A stretch of 64,000 nt of DNA from Alphaproteobacteria bacterium (GTDB lineage Bacteria; Pseudomonadota; Alphaproteobacteria; CAAHEQ01; UBA3637), in assembly GCA_045614025.1 (NCBI GenBank), contig JAZLCE010000038.1:18875-82874 (forward strand), written 5' to 3'. A program made the position numbers and the translations under genes. Under the pieces are notes generated by a model, which was not told where the DNA came from, made no database searches, and was given only the letters and a program-made list of their open reading frames with translations. Shown here in pieces: positions 58,106 to 64,000 of the stretch; within the stretch, counting starts at the first letter, position 1, and the number at the start of each line of letters is the position of its first letter.

Positions 58106-59670
58106 TCAAACATTTTTTTTATGCGATTTTGAAAAGGTTCTGCCCCTTTGTTTTTTAAAACATTGATCATCACATTTCGAATTGTATCAGAAGAAATCTC
58201 GTTCACAATTTCTAAAACAGGGAATCCATCTCCTCCATTTGCAAGAAAAGAAGGCATCACAACCAAATATTCTTTATTTAAATCAAGAGAACCTTTATTT
58301 AAAAAGATTTTTTTAATTTTCTTATTTTTCCCTGAAAATAAATACCCTAACCCTGCAGTTTGAATAAAAGTATTTGTTCGATCATCTGGCACATATTCTT
58401 TTAATCCAAAATTTAAATAGCTTTCTAAATCAGCTCCTTTGATTTTAACAATAACCGCCTTTGAATCAAACGGATAACTTTGAGCCATATTTTTAAAAGT
58501 TACCTCCCCAGCTTTCATTCCAGAGCGAATACCTCCCGCATTTAAAAAAGCAAAATCCACCTTTTCATCCACTTCTTTTGCAGCCGTTAACAAGGAATTG
58601 GTAAGAACTTCTCCCACGTAACAAGATTCTGAACAAAACAATTTATTATGCGTTAAAGGAATATCTTTTGAGGCCTTAAAAATTTTTTCATTTAAAATTA
58701 GATCCACTTTTTTTTCAATCTCTTTAATTTTGCTTTCTAATTCCAAATTAGGTTTAATGCTGTTATCTATGGCAACTGTATCTCCAGAATATGAAACAAC
58801 TTCTCCCTTTTCATCAAAATAAGCTTTTAAATGCCCCAAATGTTGTCCACCATATCCCGAAGAAACAATTAAAACATTTTTCCCTTCTTTATCAGGAACA
58901 ACAACTGGATAACTTCCTTTTGATTCTTTTTCATTTAAATTATTTGAAAGCAATGTGTGTGTATGTGCACTCACAATAATATCAACATTTGTTAGCTGGC
59001 TTGCTAATTTAACATCTTCATCAATCCCAATGTGATTCAATAAAATAATAATATCAACACCTTGATCTTTTAATTTTTGAATTAATGGCATAACAGTTTC
59101 ATAATGTTCTGCTAATTCAATATCAGAAGCTTTTGAACTTGTTATTTTTGCATCCATTGTTAATAAAGAAATCACACCGATTTGACGGTTATTTTTATGA
59201 AGAACAAGGGCCTTTTGAATGTTTTTTTCAAGAGTATGTCCTGATGGAAAAATCGTATTTGCTGAAAGTAATGGGGCATTCATTTTTTCTTCAAATGCTT
59301 CTAACTCACTTAATCCATCATCAAAATCATGGTTTCCAAGAGCCATGGCATCATAGCCCATTTCATTTAATAACAAAGGAATATCTTGTCCTTTTCGAAG
59401 CGTATAAAACACGGTTCCAGAAAAACGATCCCCCGCATCAAGCAAAACAAGATTTGGATTTTCATTTCTTTTTTCATCAATAAATGTTTTAATTCTTGCA
59501 AAACCACCCAAACAATTTTGATCTTCGCAACTTGAGCCATCCATTTTAAATGGCAAAAAATTAGAATGCAAATCATTTGAATGAATAAGTTCTAACATAT
59601 AATTTTCTGCTGAAGCTGAAAAAGTGGCTAAACTTAAACCCAAAAATAATGTCATTGATAAAAAGCGCAT
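58102..59670 (-). CDS. periplasmic 5'-nucleotidase / UshA-like metallophosphatase
   Basis: Signal peptide; HSNDLHS, LLDAGD, LGNHDFD, SAHTH, NAGGIR, FLANGGDGF. Confidence 0.92.
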   Translation of the reverse strand: MRFLSMTLFLGLSLATFSASAENYMLELIHSNDLHSNFLPFKMDGSSCEDQNCLGGFARIKTFIDEKRNENPNLVLLDAGDRFSGTVFYTLRKGQDIPLLLNEMGYDAMALGNHDFDDGLSELEAFEEKMNAPLLSANTIFPSGHTLEKNIQKALVLHKNNRQIGVISLLTMDAKITSSKASDIELAEHYETVMPLIQKLKDQGVDIIILLNHIGIDEDVKLASQLTNVDIIVSAHTHTLLSNNLNEKESKGSYPVVVPDKEGKNVLIVSSGYGGQHLGHLKAYFDEKGEVVSYSGDTVAIDNSIKPNLELESKIKEIEKKVDLILNEKIFKASKDIPLTHNKLFCSESCYVGEVLTNSLLTAAKEVDEKVDFAFLNAGGIRSGMKAGEVTFKNMAQSYPFDSKAVIVKIKGADLESYLNFGLKEYVPDDRTNTFIQTAGLGYLFSGKNKKIKKIFLNKGSLDLNKEYLVVMPSFLANGGDGFPVLEIVNEISSDTIRNVMINVLKNKGAEPFQNRIKKMFD

Positions 59671-59804
59671 AAAAAAAATCCTTTCCCTATTAAAATCTTT
59701 TTTAATTTTTAATCAAAAAGTTAAAAAAAAGAAATAAAAAAATCGTCTTTTTAATTTTTTTGTGATATAATAAATGAAAGAAACTTATAACAAAGGGGTA
59801 AAAA

Positions 59805-60866
59805 ATGGTTTTTAATTTTGGATGGGCACCTCAACGTTTTGGCGCAAGCAGATCAGGAGGCAGACGCCGTCATGCTGGAATAGATCTTGGAACTGGGGGT
59901 AAAAAAAATGTGCCACTTGGTTGTCCTGTTTCTGGATTTAAAGTTCATTCTGTTTCATATAGACGTGGATATGGCCACACGGTTGATTTAATCAGCGAAG
60001 ATGGCACTAAAATGATGCGTTTCGCACACTTAGCTAGTTCACCCAAACATTTAACTGTTGGAAGCCCGGTGCAACAAGGAGATTGGCTTGGAAATGTTGG
60101 CAATTCTGGTGGAAACTATGCTATTCACCTTCACTTTGAATACCGAATCAAAGAAAATGGCACTTTTGTTCCAGTTAATCCTTTTAATAATAGGTATCAT
60201 ACTTTCTCAAAAGCAGATTTTGAACGCTCAACTATAATGGCAACAGAAAGTAGAAAACTTATTCAATCAGGCAGGTCTTTAGCTGAATCTCAAAATGTAT
60301 TACATCCAAACAATCCACAAACTGAAACCATCACTTTATTTAATCAAGGAAAATTAGCCGCTTATACACCGACAAATTCTTCTTTGATGAATTTGAACCC
60401 TATTCAAGGTCTTTTTTCACAAAACATGAATATGAATGATCAAATGCAAGATGTTTGGCAATTAAATAAAACATATGGAGAACCTGACTTTTGGGATCGT
60501 TATATGCCTGAATTTTTGGGTGGCTGGTCAAGTAATCAACTTTTAGAATTTGATACTCAACGCAAATTAGATGAAGAAGTTTTCAGAGGCATCAGACGTT
60601 CAGAAATGCTACAGGCTGGTATTTCAAATCAAGAAATTGATTTGGTTCGCCAATATGTGGATGATCAAATCAAAGAACATGGCGCCAATTATCATTTAGG
60701 CATGTCAAGTATCCCAATTGATTTTGATGCTGTTTTTGAAGATAAAGATCGCGCAGCCGTTGTTCGCAATTATTTTGATAATCGCAGTCAACAGCAAAAT
60801 CAACTGGGCATTCCTTTAGCTGATTTATTAAATAATCAAAGAAACGGCTCTAATGGCATGAGATAA
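59805..60866 (+). CDS. M23 family metallopeptidase domain plus an unknown C-terminal region, no signal peptide
   Basis: HAGID, GYG, FAHL, GNVGNSG, HLHFE; extended -10 TGATATAAT at 59763-59771. Confidence 0.85.
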   Translation: MVFNFGWAPQRFGASRSGGRRRHAGIDLGTGGKKNVPLGCPVSGFKVHSVSYRRGYGHTVDLISEDGTKMMRFAHLASSPKHLTVGSPVQQGDWLGNVGNSGGNYAIHLHFEYRIKENGTFVPVNPFNNRYHTFSKADFERSTIMATESRKLIQSGRSLAESQNVLHPNNPQTETITLFNQGKLAAYTPTNSSLMNLNPIQGLFSQNMNMNDQMQDVWQLNKTYGEPDFWDRYMPEFLGGWSSNQLLEFDTQRKLDEEVFRGIRRSEMLQAGISNQEIDLVRQYVDDQIKEHGANYHLGMSSIPIDFDAVFEDKDRAAVVRNYFDNRSQQQNQLGIPLADLLNNQRNGSNGMR

Positions 60867-60867
60867 T

Positions 60868-60907
60868 AAAAAAACCTCAAAACTTTTTAAAGCTTTGAGG
60901 TTTTTTT
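60868..60907. terminator. bidirectional terminator
   Basis: A7-CCTCAAA..TTTGAGG-T7. Confidence 0.8.
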
Positions 60908-60918
60908 ATAACTAAATA

Positions 60919-61140
60919 TTAAAATTGTTCAATATCTTCTGCTAAAATAGACATATTCCAATCAAAAGAAATTTCCCCATCATCATTGTTTTTATAAATA
61001 ACACCAACAAATTCTTTACCAACAAAAACTTCAGCTGGCGCATCAATACCTGACCCTTTTTGAACATTAATTTCAGGATTCCAAAACAATTGTTGCAAAT
61101 ATGTTTGAACTTTTTTCATTTCATTTTCTGAAAGAGTCAT
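60919..61140 (-). CDS. DUF3126 family protein
   Basis: E.KKVQ.YL..LF, AEVFVG.EFVGVI..DDGE.SF...M.IL..D pattern; SD AAGGAGG. Confidence 0.8.
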   Translation of the reverse strand: MTLSENEMKKVQTYLQQLFWNPEINVQKGSGIDAPAEVFVGKEFVGVIYKNNDDGEISFDWNMSILAEDIEQF

Positions 61141-61227
61141 CCATTCCTCCTTTTCTTTTGATTTTTTTATCTAAATAGTCTATAATCTTGCAAATAAAAT
61201 AATTTATAACGTAAAGATACATTAAAA

Positions 61228-62196
61228 ATGCGCGAAATTCAAGAAAAAAACTTATTAAACCACAAAATATCTATTGCTCCAATGTTGGATTGGACAGATA
61301 GACACTTTCGCTTTTTTTTGCGACAAATTACAAAACACGCAGTTTTTTATTCCGAAATGATTGCAGCTCCTGCGATTTTATTAGGGGATAAAGAAAAATT
61401 ATTAGGATATGATGAAACAGAACACCCTCTTGTTTTGCAAATCGGAGGGTCCCATCCTTCAATGATGAAAGAATGTGCCCGCATTGGTGCTGATTATGGA
61501 TATAAAGAAATTAACATTAATGCTGGTTGCCCCTCTTCTCGTGTTCAAGCAGGACGTTTTGGCGCCATTTTAATGCAAACGCCTGAACTTGTTGCTGAAT
61601 GTGTAAATGAAATGAAAACTGCCGTCAATATACCCATCAGCGTTAAAACAAGGATTTCTCTTTCTGATGTTCCAGGAGATGGATTTAATGCGCTTTTTAA
61701 TTTTGCAAATTTGGTTAAACAAGCAGGATGTTCTCATTTAATTGTTCATGCTCGAAAAGCAAAACTAAATTGGTCACCTAAAGATAATCGTGCCGATAAA
61801 ATGGGGCTAAATTATGAAGTTGTTTACCGATTAAAAAAAAGCTTCCCTGATATGCTTATTTCAATAAATGGTAATATTTTATCTTTAGAAAGCGCTCAAG
61901 AACACTTAAGCCAACTTGATGGCGCTATGATCGGGCGCTTAGCTTATGGGAATCCATATGCATTAGCAAATGTTGATAATCTTTTTTATCAAGATAATTC
62001 CGCCATTCCTTCTCGAAAAGAAATTCTTAAAAAAATGATTCCTTACTTGGAAAAAAATAAAGATAAATTAAGCATTATTTGCCCTCATTTAATGGGTCTT
62101 TTCCATTCAACACCAAATGCAAAAATTTATAAGCAAATTTTAGCTGCAAGAGATTTGGATGCGCTTAAAAACTTTTTAAATACTCAAATAGATTAA
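61228..62196 (+). CDS. dusA: tRNA-dihydrouridine synthase DusA
   Basis: APMLDWTDRHFR, LQIGGS, ININAGCPS.RV, IVHARKA, INGNI, MIGR. Confidence 0.92.
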   Translation: MREIQEKNLLNHKISIAPMLDWTDRHFRFFLRQITKHAVFYSEMIAAPAILLGDKEKLLGYDETEHPLVLQIGGSHPSMMKECARIGADYGYKEININAGCPSSRVQAGRFGAILMQTPELVAECVNEMKTAVNIPISVKTRISLSDVPGDGFNALFNFANLVKQAGCSHLIVHARKAKLNWSPKDNRADKMGLNYEVVYRLKKSFPDMLISINGNILSLESAQEHLSQLDGAMIGRLAYGNPYALANVDNLFYQDNSAIPSRKEILKKMIPYLEKNKDKLSIICPHLMGLFHSTPNAKIYKQILAARDLDALKNFLNTQID

Positions 62197-62197
62197 T

Positions 62198-62917
62198 TTA
62201 TTCTTTTTTTTGCTTTTGAGTGCGCTTTACCGATTTCTTTTGAGTCAGTTTTTTTTCTGCATGATTTTTTGATAAATCACTTTCTTTTGGTGGAATAATC
62301 CCCGTTGATAAAACAACTTTCAAAGCATCATCAACCGATATATCCAATTCTTTCACATCTTTTTTGGGCAAATAAAGAAAAAAGCCCGAAGTTGGATTTG
62401 GAGTTGTTGGCACATAAACGCTGATTAAATCTTTTTGATTTAATGCTTCATTAATTTGAGGTGCAACTGGCCCCGTTAAAAAAGCAATTGTCCATAAATC
62501 TCTTCTTGGATATTCGATTAAAACAGCTTTTCTAAATGCTTTTGTTTTATCTTCACCTAATAACGTTTCAAAAATTTTACGTATTGCATTATAAAGTCCA
62601 GAAATAACAGGCATTTTGCCAATCACTTTTAATCCTAAACGCATAAAATATTGGCCAATAAAATTAGCCGTTAACACGCCAACACCTGTAAAAAACAAAA
62701 GAAGAAGAATAATACCAATACCAGGCAACCCATATGGCAAAAAGGTGTTTGGATTATAGGCGGCGGGAATAAAACCCGTTACCTTTGTGTCAATAAAAGC
62801 AATAAACTCTATTGCCAAATAAAGCGTAATAGCAATAGGTGCTGTAACAATCACTCCTGTAAAAAAATATGTTTTAAGCGTTGTCTTTTTTTCATTATTT
62901 TTCTTTGAAAAGAACAT
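62198..62917 (-). CDS. DUF502 family membrane protein
   Basis: YFFTG..P..IT, LIEYPR, VYVPTTPNPTSGF. Confidence 0.9.
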   Translation of the reverse strand: MFFSKKNNEKKTTLKTYFFTGVIVTAPIAITLYLAIEFIAFIDTKVTGFIPAAYNPNTFLPYGLPGIGIILLLLFFTGVGVLTANFIGQYFMRLGLKVIGKMPVISGLYNAIRKIFETLLGEDKTKAFRKAVLIEYPRRDLWTIAFLTGPVAPQINEALNQKDLISVYVPTTPNPTSGFFLYLPKKDVKELDISVDDALKVVLSTGIIPPKESDLSKNHAEKKLTQKKSVKRTQKQKKE

Positions 62918-63036
62918 TTGTTTTCCTTGCCTGTTTGACTTAAAATTTTATTAGAATTTTATTTTATCCTTTTTTAAGTAAAAAGGCAAGCATTTGAAAT
63001 CTTTTTTAATTATTTCAACAAACTAATAAAAAACGC

Positions 63037-63504
63037 TTATGAAAAATATTGAAGAAGATCATATTCTTCTTGTGTCATTTGCGAAATAAAATATGTTTTA
63101 CAAGAACCATCTGCTTGCATATCTTCATAAAAACAATCAACCGACCCATTTTCAGCGCGCTTATATTTAATATCTTGCGCACCAATTGTGCCACGTGGCA
63201 TTAATTTATTTTCTTTTTCATCATATTGCAAAATTGTATACCCTTGAAAATGTCCATTTTGAACTTTTGCCTTAAATTTGAGTTGCGCTTCCGTTGCTAT
63301 TTCATGTTCTTTTTCATGAATATTCCACTTTTCGCCTTGATAAGAAACAAATAATCCTTTTGGATCTGTTTGAACAGATAAAATAATTTTTTTACCATTT
63401 TGATCCTTTAAGAAAGATGATCCTTGTTTAATGGCATACCCCAAAAACATGCCATTTTTTTCATCATATTCTGGAAAAACTGATAAATTCTTTTTCTTCG
63501 TCAT
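63037..63504 (-). CDS. hypothetical protein
   Basis: ORF with an AAGGGG SD before the ATG at 63504; no recognisable motif. Confidence 0.6.
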   Translation of the reverse strand: MTKKKNLSVFPEYDEKNGMFLGYAIKQGSSFLKDQNGKKIILSVQTDPKGLFVSYQGEKWNIHEKEHEIATEAQLKFKAKVQNGHFQGYTILQYDEKENKLMPRGTIGAQDIKYKRAENGSVDCFYEDMQADGSCKTYFISQMTQEEYDLLQYFS

Positions 63505-63550
63505 AATTATTTCCCCCTTTTTAAATAACAATAACTTTTAAAAGATATTT

Positions 63551-64000
63551 TTATGAAAGTTTTAAAGCGGCCCCTTCATCAACAACAAAAATTCCATTTG
63601 GATGATTTTGAATCATTGATGCAGGACATTGATAAGAAACATCCTCTCTTATACTTTGGTAAACAGCTTCTTTCTTTTTATCTCCAAGTGCCAATACGAT
63701 CACTTCTTTTGCATTAAAAATAGTTTTAAGTCCAATGGTTAAAGCTTTTTGAGGAACATCAGATTTTTTATTAAAAAATCTTGAGTTTACTTCAATTGTG
63801 TTTTCAGTTAACTGTTGAACATGCGTTAACGAATCAAAAGATGTTCCAGGTTCATTAAAAGCCAAGTGGCCATTTTCGCCAATACCACCTAATTGGATAT
63901 CAATCCCTCCAAAAGAAGCAATTTTTTCCTCATAAAGACGACATTCTTCTTCTGGATCTATGGCCAATCCATCTAAAATATGAATTTGATCTTTTGGTAT
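63551..64000 (-). CDS. nagB: glucosamine-6-phosphate deaminase (5'-partial; frame open to the window edge)
   Basis: GGIDIQLGGIGENGHLAFNEPG, NSRFF, ALTIG, CPAS..Q.H. Confidence 0.93.
   Translation of the reverse strand: MPKDQIHILDGLAIDPEEECRLYEEKIASFGGIDIQLGGIGENGHLAFNEPGTSFDSLTHVQQLTENTIEVNSRFFNKKSDVPQKALTIGLKTIFNAKEVIVLALGDKKKEAVYQSIREDVSYQCPASMIQNHPNGIFVVDEGAALKLS

Overview
AT-rich, gene-dense bacterial chromosome segment, most likely from an alphaproteobacterium (pal-cpoB-tilS-ftsH order, a DUF3126 protein, dusA, mlaA/mlaC). Housekeeping genes are murA (5'-partial), comM/yifB, rnd, an msbA-like exporter, hsp20, an alpha2-type glycyl-tRNA synthetase, dgkA, ftsH, tilS, cpoB, pal, tRNA-Lys(CTT), mutY, dusA and nagB (5'-partial). 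They are mixed with a large surface and secretion inventory: a 7-gene type IVb (R64 Pil/TCP-like) pilus operon with no pilin, a distant solo pilin with an unusual G|RSMVE processing site, two autotransporters, an ankyrin protein and an M23 peptidase with no signal peptide. One autotransporter is compositionally mosaic and is followed by a ~106-bp palindromic element. Most notable: (i) the T4bP machinery plus the hybrid solo pilin; (ii) a Clp/Hsp100 paralogue with a dead first ATPase module and both pore-loop tyrosines lost; (iii) several leaderless accessory proteins sharing Q-R/basic C-terminal tails; (iv) three terminator hairpins that contain the promoter of the next gene. No CRISPR array, integrase, transposase or reverse transcriptase was seen. 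All family assignments come from motif recognition by eye, not database searches.
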